From Candidatus Dormiibacterota bacterium (GTDB taxonomy: Bacteria > Chloroflexota > Dormibacteria > Aeolococcales > Aeolococcaceae), in NCBI GenBank assembly GCA_963709585.1, contig CAVPXI010000004.1:192001-256000 (forward strand): a stretch of 64,000 nucleotides of DNA, in the 5' to 3' direction. How positions within the stretch are numbered: the stretch's first letter is position 1; every line of letters begins with the position of its first letter. A program made the position numbers and the translations under genes. Of this stretch, positions 50,898-60,657 are shown in pieces. The notes under the pieces were generated by a model. The model was given only the letters and a program-made list of their open reading frames with translations. It was not told the origin of the DNA and did not search any database.

Positions 50898-52258
50898 CCG
50901 ACACGCCGGTGGTGGTGATCGGAGCGGGGCGGAGCGGCCTCGCTTGCGCGCTGACCCTCGCCCGGGAGGGCCACCACGTCGTGCTCGTCGATCGCTCCGA
51001 CACCCTCGCAATCCGGGAGCGCATCGCGCTGCTCCCCGCCACGGTCGATGTGCGTCTTGGCGGCTACCCCGACGATGTCGCGGCGGACGCGCTCATGGTC
51101 TGCCCGAGTCCGGGCGTGCCCTGGGACGCCCCCGAGCTCGAGATCGCTCGCAGTCACGGCGTACCCGTGCGCAGCGAGATGGACCTCGTCTTCGAGCGCT
51201 GCCGTGCGCGCATCTGCGGCGTCACCGGCACCAATGGCAAGACGACGACGACCGCGCTGGTCGCCGCGATCCTCGAGCGCGGCGGAGAACGCGTCCACCT
51301 CGGCGGCAACATCGGCGTGACCATGCTCGACCGTCTCGACGCGGTGAGCGACACCGACTGGGTGGTTCTCGAGCTGTCATCGTTCCAGATCGAGTTTGTG
51401 CGCGAGCCGCGCTGCGCGATCGCGTGCGTGCTCAACGTGACACCCGATCACCTCGACCGCCACGGCGATTTCGCGGCCTATGCCGAGACCAAGCGACGCC
51501 TGGTGCGATTCGCGCTCGATGACGCGGTCCTCGGCTTTGACGATCCGACCACGCGAGCGATGGCCGAGGTTGCACAGTGCCGCGTGCACGAGTTCGGTAT
51601 CGGCCCCGGCATCATCGACGGCGCGACGCGCAGCGGCGACGACGTGGTCGTCGTCGAGCAGGGCGCGGTGACGCCGGTGCTGCCGGTGGGTGACATCCCG
51701 CTTTTCGGGGAGCACAACCTGCAGAACGTGCTCGCCGCGGTCGCGGTCGCACGTGCCGCCGGGGTCGCGACGTCGCCGATCGCCGGCGCGGTGCGCGATT
51801 TCCACGCGGTGCCGCACCGGTTGCAGACCGTCCGCGATCGGGATGGCGTGCTCTGGATCAACGACAGCAAGGCGACCAACGTCGAATCCGCGACCGCGGC
51901 GCTGCGTTCCTTTCCGGGCCGGACCATCGTGTGGATCGGCGGCGGCAAGGGTGCCGGCACGTCGATCGAGCCACTCGCCGACGAGATCGCAGCTCGGGCG
52001 CGCCACGCGGTGCTCAACGGAGCGAGCGCGGGCGAGCTCGACGAGGCGCTCGCGCGGCGGGGCTTTGTCGCCCGCACCGTCGTCGCCACCCTCGAGGATG
52101 CAGTGGTCGCTGCCGCCGGGCTCGCGCGCGACGGCGACGTGGTGCTGCTCGCCCCCGGATACAAGAGCTTCGACCAGTTCCGCGATTTCGAGGATCGCGG
52201 TCACGCGTTCCGTGAAGCCGTCGAGCACCTCTCGACGCACGCTGTGAGCAGGGATTGA
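50894..52258 (+). CDS. murD: UDP-MurNAc-L-Ala:D-Glu ligase
   Basis: SPGVP, TGTNGKTTT, GGNIG, ELSSFQ, DHLDRH, NDSKATN, SFDQF..FEDRG. Confidence 0.96.
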   Translation: MTDTPVVVIGAGRSGLACALTLAREGHHVVLVDRSDTLAIRERIALLPATVDVRLGGYPDDVAADALMVCPSPGVPWDAPELEIARSHGVPVRSEMDLVFERCRARICGVTGTNGKTTTTALVAAILERGGERVHLGGNIGVTMLDRLDAVSDTDWVVLELSSFQIEFVREPRCAIACVLNVTPDHLDRHGDFAAYAETKRRLVRFALDDAVLGFDDPTTRAMAEVAQCRVHEFGIGPGIIDGATRSGDDVVVVEQGAVTPVLPVGDIPLFGEHNLQNVLAAVAVARAAGVATSPIAGAVRDFHAVPHRLQTVRDRDGVLWINDSKATNVESATAALRSFPGRTIVWIGGGKGAGTSIEPLADEIAARARHAVLNGASAGELDEALARRGFVARTVVATLEDAVVAAAGLARDGDVVLLAPGYKSFDQFRDFEDRGHAFREAVEHLSTHAVSRD

Positions 52259-53553
52259 TGGCGGCGAGGACCGGCAGGCTCACCGACGGCCTCGCTGGCA
52301 AATGGCGCTGGCGTGGTGGTGCCCGCGTGGCCGGTGCCTTCGCATCGGCGGATCGCGCCGCCGCAGCCGCCGGGGTCGACGGCTGGCTGATGATCATCGT
52401 CGTCGGCCTGGTCGGGTTCGGGTTGGTGATGGTCTACAGCGCATCCGAGGCGCTCGGTTTCCTCTGGTACAACGACCCCAACTACTTCTTCGCCCATCAG
52501 CTGCTCGGAGCGGCACTGGGCGGCGTCGGTCTCGTCGTGGCCGCGAAGGTCGACTACCACCGCCTCTCCCGGCTCGCGCGTCCGGCCATGTTCCTGATGC
52601 TCGTCCTGCTCGTGGTGGTGCTGATCCCGCACGTCGGTGCGCGGCATTTCGGCGCGCAACGCTGGTTCCAGGTCGGTCCGCTCTCGGTGCAGCCGTCTGC
52701 GATCGCCGTCGGGGTCGCGATCGTCTTCTTCTCGCGCTGGCTCACCGACCGGGAAGGTTCGGTGCGAACCCTGCGCGGCGTTCGCGACTACGTCATCGTG
52801 CTCGTGGCGCTCCTCGGCCTCGTGCTCGCGGAGCGCGACTTCGGCAGCTCGATCGTCATCGCCGCGACGGCGCTGATCCTGCTCGCCCTGGCCGGCGCCC
52901 GCAAGCGGCACCTCCTGTTGATCATCGTCGGCTTCGGAGGGCTGAGCTTCGCCCTGGTGGACCTGGTCGCCTACCGGGCAGACCGCCTCGCTCATTTCCT
53001 GAATCCCTGCGCCGCCGCGCTCGGCTCGGGGTTCCAGAACTGCCAGGCGCTCTACGCCTTCGGCTCCGGCGGAATCTTCGGGGTCGGGCTGGGCAACTCG
53101 GTGCAGAAGTACGAGTGGCTCCCCGAGGCGCACACCGACTTCATCTTCGCCATCATCGGCGAGGAACTCGGGCTGATCGGAACCGTCGCGGTCCTCGGGG
53201 CGTTCCTGTTCCTTGCGTGGCGCGGCGTTCGCGCCTCGCTTCGGGCGCCCGACCGATTCGGCGCTCTGCTCGCGGGAGGCATCACATCGTGGATCTGCAT
53301 GCAGGCGTTCATCAACGTGATGGCGGTCACCGGGGTCATCCCGACCACAGGCATCCCGCTGCCCTTCATCAGCTACGGTGGCACCTCGCTGGCGACCACC
53401 CTCGTGGGCATGGGCATCCTGCTCAACATCTCCGCTCAGGGTCGACGGCAAGGGACGACGAATCGTGCGCACGTTGATCGCTGGGGGGGGAACTGGGGGT
53501 CACTTGACCCCGGCCCTGGCGGTCGCGCTCGCCCTCCGAAGCGATCGGCCTGA
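52258..53553 (+). CDS. ftsW: SEDS peptidoglycan polymerase FtsW
   Basis: MVYSAS, GAQRW, QPS, LPEAHTDFIF..IGEELG, PFISYGG. Confidence 0.94.
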   Translation: MAARTGRLTDGLAGKWRWRGGARVAGAFASADRAAAAAGVDGWLMIIVVGLVGFGLVMVYSASEALGFLWYNDPNYFFAHQLLGAALGGVGLVVAAKVDYHRLSRLARPAMFLMLVLLVVVLIPHVGARHFGAQRWFQVGPLSVQPSAIAVGVAIVFFSRWLTDREGSVRTLRGVRDYVIVLVALLGLVLAERDFGSSIVIAATALILLALAGARKRHLLLIIVGFGGLSFALVDLVAYRADRLAHFLNPCAAALGSGFQNCQALYAFGSGGIFGVGLGNSVQKYEWLPEAHTDFIFAIIGEELGLIGTVAVLGAFLFLAWRGVRASLRAPDRFGALLAGGITSWICMQAFINVMAVTGVIPTTGIPLPFISYGGTSLATTLVGMGILLNISAQGRRQGTTNRAHVDRWGGNWGSLDPGPGGRARPPKRSA

Positions 53554-54568
53554 GGACGAGGTGGCCGTGGTCGGCCGCCGGGACGGGGTGGCCGAGCGCC
53601 TCGTGGTCGCAGCCGGTCTCCACCTCGAGACCCTCGACATCAGTGGAGTCGATGTGGGCAGCGCCGGAGGCGTTGCCCGCGCCACGACCCAATTGACGCG
53701 GGCCACCATCGCCGCGCGCCGGCTGCTGCGCCGGATGCGGCCCGACGTCGTCGTCGGCGCCGGGGGGTATGTGTCCGTCCCTGTGGTCGTGGCCGCGCTC
53801 GCCCAGCGCATCCCGGTGGTGCTGCTCGAGCAGAACGCGGTACCGGGCCGCGCGACCCGGATGCTCGCCCGTCGAGCCAGGGTCGTCGCCGCCTCGTTCG
53901 CGGAAACGGCGGCGCATCTTCCCCACGCCCGGGTCGTCCATACCGGCAACCCGGTGCGCGCCGAGGTCCGGGGCATCAGCGTCCGCCCGATCGGCGACCG
54001 GCTTCGCTCGATCCTGATCACCGGTGGGTCCCAGGGCGCGAGGCGGCTCAATCGAGCCGTGGCCGGATGCATGGTCGAGCTGCTCAGCGCCGACCCGGAG
54101 CTGAGCATCGTCCACCAGTGCGGCAGCCTCGACTACGCGGACGTGGAGCGCGCCGCCGCGGCGCTTCCCCCGCGGCTGGCAATTCGGTACACAGCCGGCG
54201 CCTTCTTCGACGACATGGCGGAGCGGATAGCGCAGAGCGACCTCGTGGTGATGCGGGCGGGCGGATCGTCGATCGCCGAATGCGCGGCGCTCGGGCGCCC
54301 GATGATCGTGGTCCCGTACCCGCATGCCGGTGGGCATCAGCGCCACAACGCCGCCCCCTACGTCGCGGCCGGTGCCGCCATGGTCATCGACGACGCCGAA
54401 TGCACCCCCGAGCGTCTGCGAGCCGAAATCACCGCGCTGGTCTCCGACCCGTCGCGGTGGCGATCGATGGCGGCCGCGAGCGCGGCGCTCGGCCTTCCGG
54501 ACGCCACCGACTCGGTGGTGCGGCTCATCGTCGAGGCAGCGGGCCCGACTCGGAGCCAAGCCGCCTGA
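53465..54568 (+). CDS. murG: MurG glycosyltransferase
   Basis: GGGTGGH, GGYVS, EQNAVPG, GNPVR, GGSQGA, RAGGSS..E, HQRHNA. Confidence 0.96.
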   Translation: MRTLIAGGGTGGHLTPALAVALALRSDRPEDEVAVVGRRDGVAERLVVAAGLHLETLDISGVDVGSAGGVARATTQLTRATIAARRLLRRMRPDVVVGAGGYVSVPVVVAALAQRIPVVLLEQNAVPGRATRMLARRARVVAASFAETAAHLPHARVVHTGNPVRAEVRGISVRPIGDRLRSILITGGSQGARRLNRAVAGCMVELLSADPELSIVHQCGSLDYADVERAAAALPPRLAIRYTAGAFFDDMAERIAQSDLVVMRAGGSSIAECAALGRPMIVVPYPHAGGHQRHNAAPYVAAGAAMVIDDAECTPERLRAEITALVSDPSRWRSMAAASAALGLPDATDSVVRLIVEAAGPTRSQAA

Positions 54569-54570
54569 CG

Positions 54571-55971
54571 ATGCACGTGCACGTTCTCGGTATCTGCGGT
54601 TACGCGACCTTCGGCGCGGCAAACCTCGCCCGCGAGCGCGGCGACCTGGTGACCGGCTCCGACGACCACGCCTATCCGCCCATGAGCGACGCGGTGACCG
54701 CCGCGGGGATCGAATGGGAGAACCACAGCGACCCGGCCAATCTCGACCGCTGGGGCGTCCCCGATCTCGTCGTGGTCGGCAACCAGACGCGCCCGGCGAA
54801 CCTCGAGCTCGAGGCCGTGCGCCGGCGCGGTATCCCCTGCGTCAGCGAGATCGAGTTCTACGTGACCCTCGCCGGCGACCGCTCCCGGCTCACCGTCTGC
54901 GGCACCCACGGCAAGACCACCACGGCGGCGCTGCTGGCCCACATCCTCGATCGCGCTGGCTTGGATCCCGGGTTCCGTCTCGGCTCGACATCGCTCGACC
55001 TGGGTGGCACCTCGAGACTGGGCACCGGGCCGTTCGTGTTCGAGGGCGACGAGTACACGTCGGCACCGTGGGACCCACGCCCGAAATTCCTGCACACCAG
55101 GCCGAACGCCGCGTGCGTCACCCGCCTGGAGCTGGATCACCCCGACGTCTACGCAAGCCTCGAGGCGTATCGCGCGCCGTTTGTCGAGCTGGCCGCGACC
55201 ATGCCGTCGGACGGGGTGCTCGCGGTCTGCGCCGACGACCCCGAATGCCTCGCCCTGCGCGACGCGGCCACCGCTGTTGCTGTCACCTATGGCACGAAGG
55301 CGGGGAGCGACTGGTTGATCCGACAAGCCCACGAGCAGGACGGCATGCAGCGGTTCCGCGTGGAGCGGAACGCCGGGGCACCGCTCGATGTGGCGCTCAC
55401 GTTTCCCGGGCTCCACAACGCGCAGAACGCCTGCGCCGCGCTCATCGTCGCCGAGTTTGCCGGTGTCGAATCGGCGATCGCGGTGGGCGCGTGCGCGGAC
55501 TTCCGTGGGCCCGCGCGCCGGTTTCAGATCCTCGGCGAGGTTGCGGGCGTGGCGGTCGTCGACGACTACGCGCATCATCCGACCGAGGTCGCGGCCGCCA
55601 TCGACGCTGCACGGCAGCGCTACCCGGGACGCCGCCTGATCGCCATCCACACGCCGCACACGTACTCGCGTGTCAGCCGGCTGCTCGAGGATTACCGGCG
55701 CAGCTTCAACGGCGCCGACGTGGTGATCATCGGACCGATTGAGGAGGCGCGCGAGCGCGGCATGCCCAGGACCGTGTCGAGCCAGGACGTCGCCGACCGC
55801 GCCGGGCCGTCTCACGCCGTCCACGTGGTCGAATCGAGCGACGAGGCGATCGACATGGTCACGCGGATCGCTCGGCCCGGCGATGTGCTCCTGGTGCTCT
55901 CCCTCGGCGGCTTCGACAAGCTGGCGCTGCGGCTCCGCGATGCCCTGGAGGCCCAGGGTGTCCGCAGGTGA
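54571..55971 (+). CDS. murC: MurC/Mpl-family ligase in the murC position
   Basis: GTHGKTTT, EGDEY, DHPD, DDYAHHPTE, PHTYSR; N-terminus Mpl-like (LGICG, YPPMS). Confidence 0.8.
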   Translation: MHVHVLGICGYATFGAANLARERGDLVTGSDDHAYPPMSDAVTAAGIEWENHSDPANLDRWGVPDLVVVGNQTRPANLELEAVRRRGIPCVSEIEFYVTLAGDRSRLTVCGTHGKTTTAALLAHILDRAGLDPGFRLGSTSLDLGGTSRLGTGPFVFEGDEYTSAPWDPRPKFLHTRPNAACVTRLELDHPDVYASLEAYRAPFVELAATMPSDGVLAVCADDPECLALRDAATAVAVTYGTKAGSDWLIRQAHEQDGMQRFRVERNAGAPLDVALTFPGLHNAQNACAALIVAEFAGVESAIAVGACADFRGPARRFQILGEVAGVAVVDDYAHHPTEVAAAIDAARQRYPGRRLIAIHTPHTYSRVSRLLEDYRRSFNGADVVIIGPIEEARERGMPRTVSSQDVADRAGPSHAVHVVESSDEAIDMVTRIARPGDVLLVLSLGGFDKLALRLRDALEAQGVRR

Positions 55972-56878
55972 CTGGCTCGACGCGTATCCGGGCGTGCTCG
56001 TCAACGAGCCCCTCGCGCGCCACAGCCAGTTCGGCGTCGGCGGCCCGGCGCGCTGGTTCATCACTACCCGAGACGTCACCGTGCTCGCGGAGCTGCTGCG
56101 CCGCTGCACCTCTTCCGGGATCTCGGTGACCATGGTCGGAGCCGGCAGCAACGCGCTCATCAGCGACTCGGGCATCCAGGGGCTGGTGGTACGCCACAAC
56201 GATCGCCGGGTCCGGGTCGCCGATGCGCACAGCCTCGAGCTCGGCGCGGGCTGCATGATGCCGCGCGTGGCACTCGACTGCGCGTTGCGCGGCCTTGCGG
56301 GACTCGAATTCGGCATCGGCGTGCCGGGCACGTGCGGCGCAAGCGTGTTCGGCAACGCGGGCGCCTTCGGAACCGAGCTGGCCGATGTTCTGATCGACTG
56401 CACTTCGCTGGGTCCGAGCGGGGAGCCGCTCACGCTCCCGGCGGCGGCGTGCGACTTCAAGTACCGCCACTCCCGCTTCAAGGACGACCTCCGCGGTCAT
56501 GCCATCGTCAGCGCTCGGCTGCGCGTCCATGACGACGACCCCGACCGGGTTCGCGAGCGCACCGACACGATCCAGGCGGAGCGCAAAGCGTCGCAGCCAT
56601 ACGGGATTCGCAGCCTCGGCAGCGTCTTCAAGAATCCGCCCGATGACCGGGCCGGGCGGCTCATCGAGGCGGCGGGCCTCAAGGGGCGACGATCCGGCGG
56701 CGCACAGATCTCACCAAAACATGCGAACTTCATAGTCAACGTCGATCACGCCACCGCCGCGGACGTTCTGAATCTCGTCCGCGTCGCGCACGACGCCGTC
56801 CACGAGCAATTCGGCGTCGATCTCGAGCGGGAGATCATCGTCCTCGGTGGAGAGGAACCGGGCGATGAGCGTGACTGA
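55958..56878 (+). CDS. murB: UDP-N-acetylmuramate dehydrogenase
   Basis: VGGPA, GSNAL, GLEF..GVPGT.G....NAGA, YRHS, GSVFKNP, KHANF, LEREI. Confidence 0.96.
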   Translation: MSAGDWLDAYPGVLVNEPLARHSQFGVGGPARWFITTRDVTVLAELLRRCTSSGISVTMVGAGSNALISDSGIQGLVVRHNDRRVRVADAHSLELGAGCMMPRVALDCALRGLAGLEFGIGVPGTCGASVFGNAGAFGTELADVLIDCTSLGPSGEPLTLPAAACDFKYRHSRFKDDLRGHAIVSARLRVHDDDPDRVRERTDTIQAERKASQPYGIRSLGSVFKNPPDDRAGRLIEAAGLKGRRSGGAQISPKHANFIVNVDHATAADVLNLVRVAHDAVHEQFGVDLEREIIVLGGEEPGDERD

Positions 56879-58064
56879 GCAGGTCAAGGTCGGCGTCTTC
56901 TTCGGCAGCCGGTCTGTCGAGCACGAGGTCTCGGTCATCACCGCGCAGCAGGCGATGGCGGCCATGCCCGCGGATCGCTTCGTGCCCGTACCCGTGTACA
57001 TCGCGAAGTCGGGCGCATGGTACACCGGCGACCAGCTGCTCCAGCTCGAACGGTACAAGGACATCGACCGGCTGATCGCGGCGTCGACGAGGGTCACCAT
57101 GCGCCCCGAACCGTCGAGCGGCGGTGAGCTCATCGAGGTCGAAGCCCGCCGGGGGTTGCTCGGAGGATCCGCTCGCACGGCGGCGCGCTTCGACGTTGCG
57201 ATGCCGCTCGTGCACGGCTCCAACGGTGAGGACGGCACGCTCCAGGGTCTGTTCGAGCTGGCAGCACTGCCGTACTGCGGATGCGACGTCGTGTCGGCCG
57301 CGGTGAGCATGGACAAGCGCCTGTCTCGAACCACGCTCCGCGGGGCGGGCATTCCCGTGCTCGACGACGTGATGATCTCGCGCGCTCGCTGGCTCGAACA
57401 GCCGGACGCCGTTCGCGCGCGACTCGCGGAGCGCCCCGGATTCCCCATGTATGTGAAGCCGCGCCGCCTCGGGTCGAGCATCGGTGTGGCGCGTGTGGAC
57501 GGTGACGCAGCGTTGCGCGACGCGCTCGAGGTCGCCTTCAGCTACGACACCTCGATTCTCGCCGAGCAGGCTCAGGACGGCAGCATCGAGGTCAATTGCT
57601 CCGTGCTCGGGTGGGGCGACGAAGTGCGGGTGTCGGTATGTGAGCAACCCGTGAGCAGTGGCACGCTCAGCTATGCCGACAAATATCTCAGCGGCGCCAA
57701 GGGAAAGGGCGGCGCCAAGGCACCGGCGTCGGGGATGAAGAGCTCACAGCGCATCATCCCCGCACCCATATCGGACTCGCTCACCAGCCGGATCCAGGAC
57801 ACGGCGATGTCGTCGTTTCGCGCCATCGGCGCCGCCGGTGTCACACGGATTGACTTCCTGGTCTCGCCGGAGCGTGATTCCTTTGTCGTCAACGAGTTGA
57901 ACACGCTCCCCGGCTCACTGTCGTTCTATCTGTGGGAAGCGTCGGGACTGCGATTCGACGCCCTGCTCGTCCGCCTCATCGACATGGCGATGGCGCGTCA
58001 CCGCGAGCAGCAGGCAACCACATCATCGATCGACACGTGGCTGCTCACCGGCCGGCCGGGCTGA
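56865..58064 (+). CDS. ddl: D-Ala-D-Ala ligase (long type)
   Basis: SVEHEVS, HGSNGEDG.LQG, MDK, KP..LGSSIG, SYADKY, RIDF, NELNTLPG. Confidence 0.93.
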   Translation: MSVTEQVKVGVFFGSRSVEHEVSVITAQQAMAAMPADRFVPVPVYIAKSGAWYTGDQLLQLERYKDIDRLIAASTRVTMRPEPSSGGELIEVEARRGLLGGSARTAARFDVAMPLVHGSNGEDGTLQGLFELAALPYCGCDVVSAAVSMDKRLSRTTLRGAGIPVLDDVMISRARWLEQPDAVRARLAERPGFPMYVKPRRLGSSIGVARVDGDAALRDALEVAFSYDTSILAEQAQDGSIEVNCSVLGWGDEVRVSVCEQPVSSGTLSYADKYLSGAKGKGGAKAPASGMKSSQRIIPAPISDSLTSRIQDTAMSSFRAIGAAGVTRIDFLVSPERDSFVVNELNTLPGSLSFYLWEASGLRFDALLVRLIDMAMARHREQQATTSSIDTWLLTGRPG

Positions 58065-58093
58065 GCGGCGACCTGCCTGGGGAGCGAGTGAGC

Positions 58094-58879
58094 ATGGCCG
58101 GGGGCGCTGGAGAGATCCCGCGCGCGGCGGTGGAGCAGCGGGGCAACGGCCGGCCACTGTTGCTCCTCCACGGCTGGGGCGTTTCGTCCGAGCTCTTTGC
58201 CCCGATTCTCGACGGGCTGCAGGCGGGAAGCCACCTGATCGTCCCCGACCTCCCCGGGTTCGGCGCCACGGCGGAGCCGGACGCTCCCTGGTCGGTGCAC
58301 GAGTACGCCGCCTGGTGCATCGCGTTGCTCGACCGGCTCGGGGTCGACAGCTGCGACCTGGTCGGACACTCGAACGGCGGCCGGATCGGGATCGTCATCG
58401 CCGCCACGTACCCCGGGCGGGTGCGGCGGATGGTGCTGACGGGAAGCGCCGGCATCCGGCCGCGACGAACGTTGCGCGGAGCCGCGCGGGTCCGGTCGTA
58501 CAAGGCGCTCCGAGCCGTGCAACGGTCGGGGGTGGTGCCCCAGGCACTGCGCCGGGCTGCCGGCCGCAATGCCGACCAGCGCGGCTCCGCGGACTATCGC
58601 GCGGTGTCGGGGGTCATGCGCGGCACGCTCGTCCGCATCGTCAACGAGGACCTCCGACCACTCCTGCCCACGCTCGACCTTCCGGTCCTGCTCATCTGGG
58701 GGGACCACGACACCGAGGCACCGCTCTCGGACGGCCGGGTGATGGAACGCCTCATCCCCGACGCGGGGCTGGTCGTGTTCGAGGGCGCGGGTCACTTCGC
58801 GTACCTCGAGCAGCCTGGGCGATTCTGCCGGATCGTCGAAGTCTTCCTGCGTGACGAGCAGGACGAGGGCTCGGCATGA
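58094..58879 (+). CDS. Alpha/beta hydrolase inside the dcw cluster
   Basis: LHGWG, DLPGFG, GHSNGG, GSADY, WGDHD, GHFAY. Confidence 0.9.
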   Translation: MAGGAGEIPRAAVEQRGNGRPLLLLHGWGVSSELFAPILDGLQAGSHLIVPDLPGFGATAEPDAPWSVHEYAAWCIALLDRLGVDSCDLVGHSNGGRIGIVIAATYPGRVRRMVLTGSAGIRPRRTLRGAARVRSYKALRAVQRSGVVPQALRRAAGRNADQRGSADYRAVSGVMRGTLVRIVNEDLRPLLPTLDLPVLLIWGDHDTEAPLSDGRVMERLIPDAGLVVFEGAGHFAYLEQPGRFCRIVEVFLRDEQDEGSA

Positions 58880-60540
58880 GCCCGCTCGTCGGCCCGCTGG
58901 TCGCGCTTGCGGCGATCGTCTGGCTCATCCTCATCTTTCGGATCGTTCTCGTCGCGGCTCGAATGTTCCAGATCGAGGAGTACGAATCGGTTCGCTTCCT
59001 GCGCTGGGGGCTGACCCGCCAGTGGCTTGCCCATCGCGCGGTCTGGCTTGGGCTCCTGGTTGGAGCGGTGGCGCTCAGCGCCGCGGCGGTGCTCCCCGCG
59101 GCGCGACCGGTCGGCATCGCGATCGCGTGGCTGGCGTCGGCCGCGGCGGCGCAGTTCACGTGGCGATGGACGTCGCCAAAGCGACCGCTGGTGATGACCG
59201 CCCGGATGCGCCGCCTGCTCATCGCCGGCGGATTCCTCGCGGTGGTGCTCGCCGCGGGGCTCGCGCTCGGCATCGTCACCCTGCACCCGGTCATCTCCGC
59301 GATCCTCGTGCTGATCGCGGGCGGCGTGGTCACCGGCCTCAGCGAGATCCTGCTGGTTGCTGCCAATGTCGTCACCAAGCCGGCGGAGGCGCGGATCCGC
59401 CGCCACTATCTCGGGCTCGCCGCGGCGCGCATGAAAGTGGTCGACCCGGTCGTCGTCGCCGTCGTCGGCAGCTTCGGCAAGACCAGCACCAAGCACATCC
59501 TCGCGCAGCTGCTCCAACCGAGTGTGAACACGCTGCCAACGCGCAAGAGTTTCAACACGCTGATGGGCGTGACCCGTGTGATCAACGAGGATCTCACCCC
59601 CGAGCACCGGGTTTTCATCGTCGAGATGGACGCTTACGCGCAGGGCGAGATCGCGGCGATGAGCGACCTCGTGCACCCGCGGATGGCGATCATCACCGCC
59701 ATCGGCCCGCAGCACATGGAGCGCTTCGGCACCATCGAGCGAATCGCCGGCGCGATGTATGAGGTCGCGAGCGCGCTGCCGGCCGATGGGACATTGATCG
59801 TATACACCGGGGACCAGGCCGGTGCCGTGCTCGCAGAGCGGGCGCGGGCGGACCAGCGTCACCTGATCCGCTACGCGCTCGCCGATGACGCCCAGATGGT
59901 GGACGCCGACGTCGTCGCGTCGTCGATCCGGATCGATTCGCACGGTGGCGCATTCCGCTGGCGCTGGGACGCCGAGGGCCTCGACCGTGAGGTGACGATC
60001 CCGCTGCTCGGACGCCACCAGGTAGCCAACGTGAGCGCGGCGCTGGCCGCGGTCCGCATCCTCGGGTATTCGATCGACGGGGCGATCACCGCCGCCGCGT
60101 CACTCGAGCAGGTCGAGCACCGCCTTCAGTTGATGGCCAGCGCGGGTCCGCTCACGGTGATCGACGATTCGTACAACGCCAACCCGGTCGGAGTCCACAA
60201 CGGCCTGGAGGTGCTCGCTGCGATGAGCGGGGCTCATAAATTCCTGGTCACGCCCGGGCTCGTCGAGCTGGGCGGCGTCGAGACCGAGGAGAACCGGCGC
60301 TATGGCGAGCACGCGGCGAAGGTGTGCGACCACGTGATCGTCATGTCCGCGAAGACGAGCGCGGCGCTGTGCGCCGGTTTGCGCGACGGCGGCATGGGCG
60401 AGGATCGTATTCATGTGGTCGACACCCTCGACGAGGCGACCATGCTGCTCCAGCGGCTGTCCCGCCCCGGGGACGTGGTGCTGTTCGCCAACGATCTCCC
60501 CGACACATATTTGCCCGTGGCGCGCGCACCTCGCGCGTAG
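58876..60540 (+). CDS. murF: MurF with N-terminal multi-TM extension
   Basis: About 170 hydrophobic N-terminal residues with FQIEEY; GSFGKTSTK, SFNTLMG, GPQHMERF, HRL, IDDSYNANP, TPGLVELG, NDLPD.Y. Confidence 0.88.
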   Translation: MSPLVGPLVALAAIVWLILIFRIVLVAARMFQIEEYESVRFLRWGLTRQWLAHRAVWLGLLVGAVALSAAAVLPAARPVGIAIAWLASAAAAQFTWRWTSPKRPLVMTARMRRLLIAGGFLAVVLAAGLALGIVTLHPVISAILVLIAGGVVTGLSEILLVAANVVTKPAEARIRRHYLGLAAARMKVVDPVVVAVVGSFGKTSTKHILAQLLQPSVNTLPTRKSFNTLMGVTRVINEDLTPEHRVFIVEMDAYAQGEIAAMSDLVHPRMAIITAIGPQHMERFGTIERIAGAMYEVASALPADGTLIVYTGDQAGAVLAERARADQRHLIRYALADDAQMVDADVVASSIRIDSHGGAFRWRWDAEGLDREVTIPLLGRHQVANVSAALAAVRILGYSIDGAITAAASLEQVEHRLQLMASAGPLTVIDDSYNANPVGVHNGLEVLAAMSGAHKFLVTPGLVELGGVETEENRRYGEHAAKVCDHVIVMSAKTSAALCAGLRDGGMGEDRIHVVDTLDEATMLLQRLSRPGDVVLFANDLPDTYLPVARAPRA

Positions 60541-60595
60541 AGCGGTCACGCCGGCTTCGCCTGGGAGATAATCGGCGCGGCTCCGTACGGCCACA

Positions 60596-60640
60596 ACGTC
60601 TCAGCACACGTCTCAGCCTGCGTATATGCAACGTCCTCAC
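60596..60640 (+). repeat. Direct repeats ACGTCTCAGC x2 plus a degenerate third copy upstream of the ftsQ-like gene
   Basis: 60596-60605 and 60608-60617 identical; ACGTCCTCAC at 60631-60640. Confidence 0.5.
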
Positions 60641-60657
60641 CGCACCGAGCACGCCCT

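Noticed and set aside
53465-53553. ftsW-murG fusion or frameshift
   Set aside because: Both proteins are complete; this is an 89-nt overlap of the FtsW tail with the murG start.
56865-58064. VanA-type D-Ala-D-Lac resistance cassette
   Set aside because: No VanH, VanX or VanRS; the omega loop retains Tyr (SYADKY); the gene is in the housekeeping dcw cluster.
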